A stretch of 50,376 bases of DNA. Origin: a virus (lineage: Duplodnaviria; Caudoviricetes). Below are positions 9,439-21,500 of the stretch, piece after piece. The notes under the pieces were generated by a model, which saw only the letters and a list, made by a program, of their open reading frames with translations, had not been told where the DNA came from and did no database searches. The translations under genes and the position numbers were made by a program. Location: the IMG/VR virus record IMGVR_UViG_3300032001_000009, positions 1-50,376 of that record. One strand, given 5' to 3'. Numbering within the stretch: the stretch's first letter is position 1; each line of letters opens with the position of its first letter.

Positions 9439-11379
9439 TTACGCCTCGAACAGGGTCCCTTCTCCAGCGAATTCTGATATCAAACCGTAGACCGCCGCTA
9501 TCGTTTTGAACGCAGCGTTGAACGGGTCACCTTTTTGTTTGTCCTCCCCGATTTTTATATTCACTGTCAGCGCCTTATCCCAGGACCATTCCCGTTTTAT
9601 GCCGTGCACATTGTCGACGTAAATAATTCCGTTTTCCTCAATCCCGACCCGGTCCCCGAGGTAATAGTCGATGTCGGCCATCCACGGATGCCCGTTGATG
9701 GTGTCGGCCTTGAACGCGGCGAAAGCCCTTGTCTTCCAGTCCCCGTCACGCAGCGTAAGAACACTAGCCAGCGTGTAGGCGGTGCCGGTGCCCTGCTCGA
9801 AATGCTCCTGCCACGCCACATCCCCGGAATACAATGCGCGAATAGGGTCGGTGAATCTTTGCCACGCAAAAAGTGTATTGTCCAACTGGCCCTGATAAAG
9901 ATTATCGAGGCCCGGCGTGAACGGAACCTGCGTTTCACCGGACTGATCCGCCAAACCGATCCACGTATTTATGACGTCGGACAACTGCGACAAACCGTAA
10001 CGAATAGCAAACGTCTGCGCCTCGTTCACAATGACAGGGGATTTCGACCCCGTCATGATCGTCTTGACCGACCCCTTATGCCACGTCAGATCGGTCGTGA
10101 TGATCCCGTTGTACGTCCCGTCCCACCAAATCACCTTCGGCACCGCCGGCGCCACCAGGGTCAGCTGCTCGATCAGATACGTCGACCCGACACCGGCCGC
10201 GTCCTCCACCGGCTCCCCATTCAAGACCTGCCCCGGGTCGAACGTGTTACCGGTCGTCAAATCCACCGTCACCGGGGTAATCAAGTCATCGAGCGTGACC
10301 GCCACCGTCGACAACAAACCGTCCAGCGCAGTCCCCGTCGGCCCGGTGCGCCCATCCTTCTGCTCGAAGGAGAACACGCAGCAGTTGCGGATCGGGGCGA
10401 CCAGCTGATCGATGGTCTGGTCGAGCTGGGACACGTCGACCCCGAACAGCATCCCCAAAAGGTCGGGTATCACGTTGAGGATGCTGGCCAGCTCCCCGTT
10501 CGGCGAGACCGGGTCGCTCGTGAGGTACGTGTAGCAGCGCATCACGCAACCGGAGTCGGTCAGGATGTCCTTGAACGTTTTGTACCAATCAGTCCAGGTG
10601 GCGCCGATCGCCGTCCACCGCGACTGGTCCAGCACCGGGTCGACGAACGCGACCTGGATCGGCCACGCGGTCGGCAGGAAGTTCAGAACCGCGTCCGGGC
10701 CAAGCGGGTTGATCCAGCCGGCCGGGTTGAAGATGTTGGTGATCGTGGACCAGCCCGGCATGAACAGCCGGCCCAGGTTGATGAACGCGGTCAACGCGCA
10801 GATGGAGCGACACGGGCCGGGCAGCACCCACATGCGGGGCAGCTGGACCTCCGGCGGGAAGATCGGATTCGCGGCCACGAGAAGCCGTTTCGCGTGCTCA
10901 AAGAAGGACAGGGCGGTCAGTTCGATCTCGTGGATGCCCTTGTCGTCCTTCTTGACGTGGATTTCGGTGATCTTGCCGCCCCACCGTTTCCGGTAGTCCT
11001 GCTGCGTGGGGATCGGGTCGATCAGAAGGTGCAGGTCTTGGATCAACTGGGTCTGGTTGGTCATGTAGTCGGTGAGCCAGTTGTCGTACAGGATCTTCAC
11101 CGTGCACTTGCCGGTGTCGTCCATCAGTTCCTCGACGCTGGCGTCGATCTCACCCTCGAGGGTCTGCATAATGTCAAGGTTCGAGTCGGCCAACCGGATC
11201 AGCGGCTTCTGCTTCGAGCTCATGATGGTGGTCAGCCGCACCCCGTTGAGATACGCCGCGGTCTGGCACGGCTCGAGCGCCATGTCCGGCACGTTCGCGG
11301 CGCCGGGGGTGGGCAGCGCCCCGTCGACCCACTGCGTGAACTTCAAACCGGGCGCGGACTGCTGCAATGCCTGACTCAT
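9439..11379 (-). CDS. Minor tail protein (baseplate hub-type)
   Basis: 646 aa, second gene after the tape measure. Motifs PLIRLAD, RWGG, ANPIFPPEVQLP, G.KSP..VN and LGDRVG are typical of mycobacteriophage minor tail proteins. Confidence 0.85.
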   Translation of the reverse strand: MSQALQQSAPGLKFTQWVDGALPTPGAANVPDMALEPCQTAAYLNGVRLTTIMSSKQKPLIRLADSNLDIMQTLEGEIDASVEELMDDTGKCTVKILYDNWLTDYMTNQTQLIQDLHLLIDPIPTQQDYRKRWGGKITEIHVKKDDKGIHEIELTALSFFEHAKRLLVAANPIFPPEVQLPRMWVLPGPCRSICALTAFINLGRLFMPGWSTITNIFNPAGWINPLGPDAVLNFLPTAWPIQVAFVDPVLDQSRWTAIGATWTDWYKTFKDILTDSGCVMRCYTYLTSDPVSPNGELASILNVIPDLLGMLFGVDVSQLDQTIDQLVAPIRNCCVFSFEQKDGRTGPTGTALDGLLSTVAVTLDDLITPVTVDLTTGNTFDPGQVLNGEPVEDAAGVGSTYLIEQLTLVAPAVPKVIWWDGTYNGIITTDLTWHKGSVKTIMTGSKSPVIVNEAQTFAIRYGLSQLSDVINTWIGLADQSGETQVPFTPGLDNLYQGQLDNTLFAWQRFTDPIRALYSGDVAWQEHFEQGTGTAYTLASVLTLRDGDWKTRAFAAFKADTINGHPWMADIDYYLGDRVGIEENGIIYVDNVHGIKREWSWDKALTVNIKIGEDKQKGDPFNAAFKTIAAVYGLISEFAGEGTLFEA

Positions 11380-12542
11380 CAGCGGCTCCGCTTATAACGC
11401 TGCGGGACCACGGCCAAGATCTGCCCGTTCGGGTCGGAATGCGCGACGGTCAGATTCACCACCGTCTGCGGCGGGATCGCGAAAATAAACTTGCCGTTAA
11501 ACGTCAACTGCAGCGGCAAGCCCTCGTTGGCGATACCGGACAGGAAGAAGTCCAAGATGATGGACTGGCGGATGATATCGAAAATCAAGTTGTCCCGCGG
11601 GTCATTAGCCGCGGTCAACGTCCGATGCGACGGCTCGGTGTCACACATGTACGTTCCGACCGACGGCTGGGTGTAAGGCAACGCCACCAGCCGGGTGGAG
11701 TCGTTGTCCTGAACGATCGCCTGCCCCGGGGACGAGACGAAAAACGTTGCGTAGGACGGCAGATCGCCGCGATTAGCCAGCGGCAGAGTTCCCCAATAGT
11801 ACATATTCAGGCCGGTGATGTCGTCGATCAGGCTGACCAGCGGGTCCAAGATTCCTGACAGGATTCCCCCGCCGGCCGGCGGCGGCATCGCCGGTCCGGC
11901 GGTGTTGGCCGAGAACAGCTTGTATAGGGCGGGTTTGGTGAAGTAGGGCCGGGCGGCGATCCAGTTGATGTTCCACTGCGACGCGTTGTTGCCGTAGGCG
12001 GTGGGGTCCAGTTTCTGCGGCGATTTGACGGTTTCGTTGGGCCGCACCGGTATCCACCGCCACCCGGAATATCGGGTGTACACACCCAGCCAGCCGTCGT
12101 TGGCTTCGTCCTGGCCGGCCCACCAATGGTCCTCGGCGAGGCGGTACTGATATTCGGTCATGGGTGGGGCCTGCGATCCGATGATGATGCCGACGTCGAA
12201 CATCCGCTCGGGGATGTTTTGGCGCTCGATCGACGCGCCGAACATGTAGGGGGAGTTGACCAGCACCTGTTTGAACGGCCACTGCTGATCGCCCTCCACC
12301 TGGGTGGCCAGCCGCACTCCTTCGCGGCCCTTCGACGGCCCGGCGAGGTTGAAGATGTAATCCTGCGCGGGTGTCAGATAGACGACGTGGGTCATCATGC
12401 CGCGCACTGCGGGCGGCAGTTGCAGGAAGTCGACGGGGTTGATCAGGGCGGGGAAGTAGGCGGCGGTGTGGGTGCCGGGGAAGGTGATCTCGGGTCCGGT
12501 GACGATGCTGGGGGTGACCCCGATGCTGGGGGAGATTCTCAT
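11379..12542 (-). CDS. Distal tail (Dit-like) minor tail protein
   Basis: First gene after the tape measure. FNLAGP..GREGV.L, GWLGVYTRYSGWRW and NRGD motifs. Confidence 0.85.
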   Translation of the reverse strand: MRISPSIGVTPSIVTGPEITFPGTHTAAYFPALINPVDFLQLPPAVRGMMTHVVYLTPAQDYIFNLAGPSKGREGVRLATQVEGDQQWPFKQVLVNSPYMFGASIERQNIPERMFDVGIIIGSQAPPMTEYQYRLAEDHWWAGQDEANDGWLGVYTRYSGWRWIPVRPNETVKSPQKLDPTAYGNNASQWNINWIAARPYFTKPALYKLFSANTAGPAMPPPAGGGILSGILDPLVSLIDDITGLNMYYWGTLPLANRGDLPSYATFFVSSPGQAIVQDNDSTRLVALPYTQPSVGTYMCDTEPSHRTLTAANDPRDNLIFDIIRQSIILDFFLSGIANEGLPLQLTFNGKFIFAIPPQTVVNLTVAHSDPNGQILAVVPQRYKRSR

Positions 12543-12543
12543 G

Positions 12544-15500
12544 TCATCCGCCTAACGTCATTCCGCCGACCGAGCCGCCGGACATGGCGGGGGCGCGGGT
12601 GCCGGCGTTGACGGCCTGCTGGGCCTGGGCGTTGAACACGTGGCCGGGGGTGACGCCGTTGTTGTTGATGTTGACCTGGGTGCCGATGTTGCCGCCGACG
12701 TCGGTGCGGCGCACCGCGGCCGTCGCGAGCTGGGGCGCGCCGGCGGGGCCTTCGCTTCGCACCATCGCGGGGGTGACCGACGCCGCCGATGGTGGGGCGT
12801 GGGCGCTGTCGCGGCCGTAGGTGTAGGAGGGGCCGCCGTATCCGAATGTGGCGGGGGACACGATGTTACGGGCGAACGGGGCGCCCTGGCCGCCGGTGTA
12901 GCCGTCGGCGGTGGGCAGGCCGATCGCTTTGGCGACGTGGTCGGGCAGCGGCGCGGCAGGTGCCGGGGCGCTCGGCGCGGCCGGGGTCGGCGCGCCCGGT
13001 GTGGTGGCCCGCGCGGCGGCCATCTGTTGGGGGGTGGGTGGTTTGACGCCGGGCAGGTTCAGTTCACCGCGCGCCCAGGCTTGCATCATCGCGGAGCGGG
13101 CCGGGTGCATCAGCCAGTCCCCCATGTTGCTGAGGTTCAGTCCACCCCCGCCACCGCCGCCCCCGGCTGGGGTGCCGCCGTCGCCGTACCCGAACGTGGC
13201 GGGGGACACGATGTTGCCGCCGAACGGGGCGGCCTGGCCGCCGCCCTGCAACGGCGCCAGCGGGTTGGTCGGGTTGAGGTTGGGTCCCTGCACCGGCTGG
13301 TTGTTCTCATCGAGCCAGTTGTTTGTGGCGGTGTCCCAGTGCGGCGGCGGGCGCGGCGGCGCTGGTGGACCCGGCGGTTGTTGCGGATTCCACGGCGGCT
13401 GCGGCGCCGCGCCGGGTGGCGGGAAGAATCCCTGCCCAGGCCCGCCGCCGACCGGCTGCCCGCCCGGCGGCGGCGGTGGTGGTGGCGGTGGTGGGGGTGC
13501 CGGTACAACGATCTTCGCGCCGCTGTCCTGGTTGTAAATCTCGCCAGGTACTTCCTTGGCGTCCTTACCCTTCCCTTTCATCAGTTGCTGGTTGCCGCCG
13601 CCCATCGGCTTCCACCATTCATCCGGCCCGTGCGGTGGAAGCTTGTTCACCGTTGGCGCCTGCGCCGGCTGGCCTGTGCCCTGTGTCGGCGGGACCGGTT
13701 TCGGTCCCTTGCCCGGCGGGTAGTAGCGCTTCGTTTCGCTGCTGTAGCTCCAGCCCTGCTCGACGGTGCCGTGCGCTTTGAGGTAGCCACCGTCCTCGGG
13801 GTCGGGGATGTCCTTGGTGCCGTCCGGCAGGGTGTACACGCCCTGCGCGTCGGGGGTTTCCGTGGCGCCGGGCTGACCTGGCTGCGTGGGCGCGGCGGGG
13901 AACTGTCCCTGATCCGCCGGACCCGGCAACGGCCCGGTGCCCTGCGGCACCGGCAAGCCGCCGACGGCGGGGATGCCCTGAGCGGCGGGCAGCCCCTCCC
14001 CGATCGCGTTGGCGATGTTCAACGCGTAGGACGCCCCGCCGGCGAACAGCTTCCAGATCCCCCACTGCCACGGCGGTTTCCCGAACACGTCACCGAAACC
14101 GAGCTCTTGGGCCATGCCCTTGATCAGCCCGGCGCCCATCGCGGCGGCATTCGAGTCGGGGCTGGTCGCCGCCTCCGCCGCCTTGCCTTCCCACGGCGGC
14201 GCGTTGAACATCTCCTGCTCCTCCGCGTCGGTGGTGTCACTCAACGAGGTCTGGGCGTGGCTGAGCGCTTTGCTGGTTTGGACTTGGTTGGCGAGGGCCT
14301 CACGCAGCTCCTTCTCCGCTTTGGACAGCCGGGAGTTCGTGTCGGCTCGCTCCCGCGCCGCCCAAGCCTCATACTCAGCCGACCCGACCTGCGCGTGGGT
14401 GATTTTGGTGCCCTCATCGATGGCGGCCTGCAACTCGGTTCTCGCGTTTGACACCCGGATGGTCGCGCCCTGGTCGTTCTGTTGGGCGGTAGCAAGATCG
14501 GTGGTGGAGGTGGCGAGACGTTCCTGCGCGCGCTTGGCCTTTTCCAGCCAGTCGCTGAGCTTTTTCAACTCGGGGATAGTCTGGCCGGTGATCTGCGATA
14601 TCTGTTCAGGACCCGCCCCGGCGGGCACACCGGGCATGTGCCACGGCTGCTCGAACCAGCCGTACGGTGTCTCGATCGCGGTCGCCGACGGTCTCGGTGC
14701 ACCGGCCGGCGCGATCGGCTGCGCCCAGCTCGGCGGCGGCTCCAGCAGCGGCTGGCCGGGTCCAACCGGTGCGGGCACCGTCGGCACGTTCGGGTCACCG
14801 TGACGGCCCCGCCCGGTCACCAAAATGATCTTGGTAGTGCCGGTGGTGGGGTCGGTGTCCGAAGGTTGGTCGATGGTGTCGTCGGGGCCGTCACCGCCCA
14901 GCATGCCCGACGGTGACGGCACGATCGGACCATTGGCGCCTATCGCCGCGCCGCCCAGCTGCAGGCCCAGCGCCCGCGACAGCCACGGCGGCAGGATCGC
15001 CTTGAGAGCGGCCCGCGCCTGCGCGGAGCCGATTCTGTGCGTCCCGCCGCGGCCGGAGGTGGCCGCGTAGGTGGACCCGGAAAGCCCGCTCGCCCACGAC
15101 GCTTGAGCGCCGGCGCCTGTCGACACCATCGCCGACGCGAAGCTTTTCAACCGGGCGGTTTCCTCCGGTGTGTAGCTCAGCCCGGACATGTCGGCCTTGC
15201 CGACCGGCCACCAGTCCAGGCCGTGATTCTTGCCGCCATGCTCCTGATGCCCCGGATAGGTCGACGCGTACAGCCCGTAGCGGCGGCCCAGCTGCGCGAT
15301 CCACGGGAAGCCGGCCGACGCGAACTCGGGGTGCTCGTGCCCGCCGCCGGGCAGGTTGGTGCCGATCGGCATCCCGTACGGCTCCCCGTTCGGGCCGGTT
15401 TCGAAGCTGGTGTGAACGTGGCCGTGGTGCCCGCTCCAGTCTTCGTTGTAATACCCCGGCTGGCTGGTGCCCGGCCCGACCTTCCCGTACGGCGCGGCCT

Positions 15501-18500
15501 CCCCGAAATACTCCTGGGTTCCCGGCGGGTTGTAGATGACCTGCAGAACGCCGGTCCCGCCGCCGTACGCGCGGCGCAGCAGCTGCCCCTGATTCATCGC
15601 GTGCAACAGGCCGGCCGGGGCGGTACCGGGCGGGATGACCCGCTCACCGGGTTCGGTGATGATCGGGATCATCCCGCCCGCGGCCATACCGAGCATCTGA
15701 TCGAGGATGTCGCGGTACTGCATGGAACGATGCCGATTCATGATGAACGTGCCCGACGGGACGTTCATCGGGACGGTGTCGCGGCCCGGCAAGTGGTAGC
15801 CCTTGATGTGCCCGCCGCCCGCGAAGCCCTCGGAGTCGCTGCCCAGGATCTGGTCCCAGAAACTCTTGTGATCGGCGCCGCCGCCGCCTTGAGGCATCGT
15901 GAAACCCAGCTCACCCAACATGCCCTGCAGGAACCCCGCCAAAAGGCTCTTCCCGCCGCCGTCCCCGCCCAGTTGCAGACCGATCCGGCCACCCAGCGCG
16001 GAGTACCCGACCTGCACGCCGCTCGCCTCACCAATGTCAGCCAAACCGGCCGGGTGTCGACGGATAGTGCGGATCGACGCGCGGATGTTCTGCACCGGGT
16101 CGATCAACTGGTCGGCCGGGATTCCCACCGCCGCCGCGGTGGGGCCGATGACCTGCGCCAGCCCGATCGACGGATGCCTGGGCCAGTTCTCGTCGTACAT
16201 GTTGATCGAGTTGGGGTCACCCGGCGTGCCGGCGCCCGATTCTAGGGAGATGACCCGCTGCATCCCGTCCAGCCAAGGGATGCCGCCGCCGCCGTCGGCG
16301 TGGGGGTCCAGCCCCTCGGCGCGCAGCGCGGCCAGCGTCCATTTCATGACGAACAGCCGTTTGAGCGCGGTGCTGGCCGCGCGCCACGCGTTGACCGGGA
16401 TGACGCCGGTGGTGATGTCGCCGACGTCGTGCGGTGCCCATTCGCTGGGAACGATCTTGGACGGGTCATATCCCGCGTTGCCGCCGTCATCGAAGCCTCG
16501 CCACGGGAACGCCGGGTCGTTGGGGATCACGGCCGGCCCGGGGTCGGGGAACCCGATGTGCGGCGGCCAGTCGTCCCACGCTTTCGGGTCCTGGGGGAAC
16601 GGCGGCTGGGTCGGGTCGGGATAGTTCGGCCAGAGCGGGAACCACGGTATGCGCCCGTGCGGCTGCTCGGGGAACATGCCCCGGCCACCCGGCCCCAGCA
16701 CTTTTCGCTGCTTGCCCGGATCGGGCGTGAACGGCACCGCGCCGGTGGCGAACCCGCCGTCCGCGTAGTTTCTGCCGATCTGCCAGTGCGCCCACGCCGC
16801 CGCCGGGGTGTGATAACGGCTCTTGATGTAGTTGACCATCGCCACGAGCTGCTGATACGGGGTCAGCGCCTGCGCGGCGGCGACGCTGGTGACCTGCGGG
16901 AAAGGCCCAAAGGTGCGGTAGTTGGACAGCGTCAACTGGCCCAATCCGACGGTGTTGTCACCTTTGATCGCGTTGGAGTCGACCCAGTTGACATTCTTCG
17001 GGTCCCAACTGGATTCGCCGGGAATGATGTTGTTGATGTACTGGGCGTCGCTGGCCGGGAAACCGCCTTGGGCCATGTGGGACCAGAACTTCGCGCTAGT
17101 GCCCGGCAGCCCGACATGCGGCGCCAAATGCGTCGGCTCGTGATAGGACAGCGACGCCCGCGCGTGACCGCCGTGCTGCAACCCCGGGAAAAGACCCGGA
17201 TTCATGGCGATGAACGCGCCAGCCTTAAGATCCTCCCAGTTTTGGTGACCTTTCGGTCCGTAGGTTCCCCACTTCTCCATCGGGTCGAACGGCTGAACGA
17301 TGTCGCCCTCGGCGAACCCGGCGAAACCACCGCGGAACAGGGCCGCGACGACCTGGTCCTGCATCGGGCCGCCCGGACCCGGACCCGGACTCACACCGTC
17401 CGCAGCGGAAGGCGACGACAATGAGTCCCCGCCGTCGGGCAGCGTGGCGCCAGCAGCCAGCTTCAACTTGACGTCGATGCTCACACCGTCGCTGGTCTGG
17501 TTCTTCGACGGGATGCCGATCGCCGTCATCACATCCTCGGTGGACTTAGACTCGGCGTTCTTGGTGTCCAGGCTGGTCGGGACCGACACACCGGGCATCG
17601 ACACACCCTCGGACTGCACCGTGCCCTGATACTTGTCGGGGATACCGACCCGGGTCATGGTGTCGGCCTCATCCATCGGCTGCGGCGTCGTCAACGCGAT
17701 CGACGCGGGCAGCGTGATCGCCTCCGACAGGCTGGTGCCCGTCCGCATGTTCTCTGGGATCGCCGCCGCGTCGAGCACGGTGCCGCCGGTCGCGAAGCTT
17801 TGTATCGGGCCGCCGGCGTTCATCGCGTCCAGCAGCGGCCCCCACTTCTCCGACGCCGCGAGGTTCATCACCTTCTCACCGGCGGTCAGCATCGCCGGCA
17901 CATCATCGACACCGCCGGAACCGCCGGTCACCGTCCCGCCGCTCGCCAAGAACAGGCCGATGATGTCCTGCCAGTGCTGCTGAAACCAGTTCTTGTGTTC
18001 CGGCGCCGCTGGGGTGGTCGACGGCCCCTGCTGCGGCTCCCCCGGCTTCGTCTCCGTGGCGACTCCCGGTGTCCCGCCACCCAACCCGAGCAGATCCCGC
18101 AGCGCCTTGGCCTGATCGGGCGGCAAACCCTTGAAGTCGAGGAACACGTCGGCGTGTATCCCGTCGGGTTTAGCCAGCTCGGAGGGCACCCCGATGTCGT
18201 CGTGTAGGTATTGCTCCACGGTTTTGCCGGGCGGCACCTCCACCTTGAACTCGATGTTTCTGGTGATGTCCGCGAATTGGGCACCGTACTTGGTGTTCAG
18301 GAACTGCTCGAGGTCGTTGAGTTCCTCCTGGGTGTGGGCCTTGATCTGGGTGATCTTCCCGGTGGTCTTGTCGCCGATGATGTCGATGCCCCGCTGGGCG
18401 AAGTTACCTACGACCTCATCCCAGGCGGCGGGGTCGATCGTCATTCCCGTTTGAAGGCTGCCGCCGAACGCGTCCTGCAGCTTGGCTGCTTCCATCCCGA

Positions 18501-21500
18501 CCTGCTGATGGGTGGTGGGGTCGATCAGCGGTTTGGCGAATGTGGCGCGGCTGGCCTCCCACATCGCCGCCGCGTTCTGACTGTGCGACACCAGATCGGC
18601 CAGCGGCCCCTCCAATCCCTCCAGGCTGTTCCCGAGCGCGTCCAGCCCGGCGGCGCCCGTTCTCATCCAGGCACCAACGTCGAGGTTCAGCAGACCCCTC
18701 AAGGGTTCCATCGCCTTGCCGGTAGCGTCATGGATGCCCTGCATCGCCTTGACGAACCCGGTCGGGTCAAGCCAGGACGGGATTAGCGCGAACTTCGCGG
18801 TCATCATGTTGATCACGCCGTCGACGGCCATCAGCGCGATCACCGCAGCGTTCTTGAAGAACTCCACCGTGCCGGACATGCCGCGCATGATGCCGGCGAG
18901 GAAGTGGCTGATCCGAGATCCCCAGTCCAGCAGCTTCTCCCCGATCGCCCCGACGAACCCGATGAACTCGACCTGATGGGTCTGCAACCAAGTGGAGATC
19001 TTGTCGCCGACACCGGTCAGCGCGGTCACCAGCCCGGTGCCCAGCGGCGCCAACGCGGCACCAACCTGCTGGGACAACACCTCCAGCTCCTGCTCAAGAT
19101 TCTTGGTGGCCTGCAGCGCCTCATCGAAGGGCTGCGTAAGCTTGACCCTCTGCGCGTCCACCGCCCTGCCGGCCGCGTCAGCGGCCAGCGGAATGCCCAG
19201 CCGCAGGCCGTCCATGTAGACCTCGGTGTTTTTCGCCGACCCCAAGAAAAACATCCCCCACCGCTCGGCCTCGCCCATGATCTTGCGTCCGGCCTCGGTA
19301 CTGGTCCCACCGGCCTCGTCGATGCGGTGGATGAAGTCCATCAGCACGGCGTTCATCTGCTCTTGGCTGATACCCGCCTTGTCCAGGGTCTCGGGCAGCT
19401 TCGCGATCGCGAACGGCAACCGCTCCATCGACGGACGCCCGAGCAGCTCGTTGAACTGGGTCATGACCAGCGCGGCACCATCCATCGAGAAACCCAGCGC
19501 CTGCCACGCCGGTGACGTGGCATCCAGGTCGCGAAGGAGGTCGTTGACGGCGGCGCCGCTCTCCCGAACCAGGTTGATCAGGATCGTCAGCTCTTCGTTG
19601 GTTTTCTCCGGTTGCACATTGAACGCGTTGAACGCGGCGGTCAGGTTGTCGACGTTGATCTTGGTGTCGCCGAGCAGCTCGTTACCCTCGGCCAGCGTGG
19701 TCGCCAACTGCTCAATCTGCTGATTGGTCAGCCCAGCCCCGTTACCCAGACCCGACAGCCGCGTACCCAACTCCCCGACGATGTCGGCGACGTCCTTGAA
19801 ATGCACCAAATCACCGGACGCGGCGATGTTGCGGACCATGTCCAAGTACTCACCGAGCTTCTCGGTGCCCAACGTCTGACCGGCGATGGTGCGGGCGGCG
19901 TCCTGCCACTTATTACCGATGTCCATCAACGTGTCGGCGAACGTCCCCGCGAGGCTCTTGTACTCGTCGATCAACGCGAAGATCGCCCCGAACGCCTGCT
20001 CAACCGGGGCGATCAAACCCTTGAACGCCTCACCGATGATCGGGATACGCCCCACCGTGTTGTCGATCTCGGTGTTGATGATGTTCAGCGGCAACTGAAT
20101 CGACGTCTTCGCGACATCCTCGAACAGCGAAAACACCCGCCCGACGTCGGGCATCTTGCCCGCCACCACCGCCGCGAACGTGTCCATCAGTGTGTCGGCG
20201 GCTTCCTTACCGACCTTCGCGAACGCCCCGACCTCGTTTTCGACCAACGCGACAACGTTCTTGATGTTCTCGACCGCGTTACGGGCGGCCTCGACGATCG
20301 CGGTGCCAACGGCGAGCTTCGCGAATCCCGACATCTTCTTGGCTGACTGTTCCATCGCCTGGGCGGCCTCTTCGGAGAAGTTCTTAACCCCCGAGACCAT
20401 CTGCCCGCCCATAGCCTTGGTCGCCTCGATGTGCTCCTTCCAAGCCTCGGTGGAACCTTTCTCAATGTTGGTGCGGAACACGTCGCCGGCCTCCTGGCCG
20501 GTGTCCCCGAAGAACTGCCGCACCATCGGACGCAAACCCGCCGGCAAGAAACGGCTGACCAGCGAACTGATAGTGGACGAGAATCCCGAGCTCATTCCCT
20601 GCGCCCCCTGCGCGCCGGCCTGCGCAAACGCCGGCGTCAAGGTGGTGCCCCACCGGCCCACCTTCCCCGCAAGAATTGATTCGAAATTGACCCTTTCCAC
20701 CTCCTGGACCATGCGATTCACGCCGGCCTGAACGCCCGGAAGAATGCGGTTGAACTCATTTTCGACAAATATGGACAGGCGCCCGGAACCCAACGTGCTC
20801 ACCGTCTGGGTGATCCCCCCGACCAGCGCCTGCCCGATAGCCGTGCCCCGCTCCTTGGCGCCGACTTGCTGCTCGATATCGAGTATGTGTGCCCATAGTG
20901 GACTGGCCGACAAATTCTGCATGGTCTGCAAAATGCCGCCGCTGAATGCGTGCCCGGTACGCTGACCGGCCGCCGCCGCCTCAGGCTCCCCGCCGACGAA
21001 CAGGTGCTGAACAGGCTGCAGCGCAGCCATCGCCTGCGCGAAACCGCTCTGCCACGACCGCCCGGTCCGCTCACCGGCCGCCGCAGCCACAGGCTCCCCG
21101 CTGATCAAAATCTGCCCCGGAACCGCCTGCAGCGCCGCCACAGCCTGCGCGAACCCACCCTTATACGCCTGCCCGTGAGCTGCACCAGCGGCCGCGGTCT
21201 CAGCCGTCTGGGTCAGCGCCAGCCGCGGCACCAGCCCCGCGGCCGCCACAGTCTCCAACCAGCCGCCGCTGAACGCCTGCCCGTGCTGGCGACCAGCCGC
21301 CGCAGCGTAAGGCTCACCCTTCGCTAACCCCGCCGCCAGCGACGGACCCAACGACGCCAACCCCGGATTGAAACCCCTACCGAACGCCTGCGCATGGCGC
21401 ACACCCGCGGCCTCAACAGCCGGCTCAGCCCTGATCAACGCCCCCGCCGGCGCGTCAAGATTCTGCATCTCCTGCGCGAACCGCGTACTGTACGTCGCCC

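Noticed and set aside
13465-13500. GGC/GGT triplet run as a possible contingency microsatellite
   Set aside because: It encodes a poly-Pro linker in the tape measure protein with mixed codons, and stays in frame.
9535-14451. Very long plus-strand ORFs (9535-11397, 12640-14451) and similar ones elsewhere
   Set aside because: High-GC antisense frames fully overlapping well-supported minus-strand genes, with Arg/Gly-biased sequence and no motifs.
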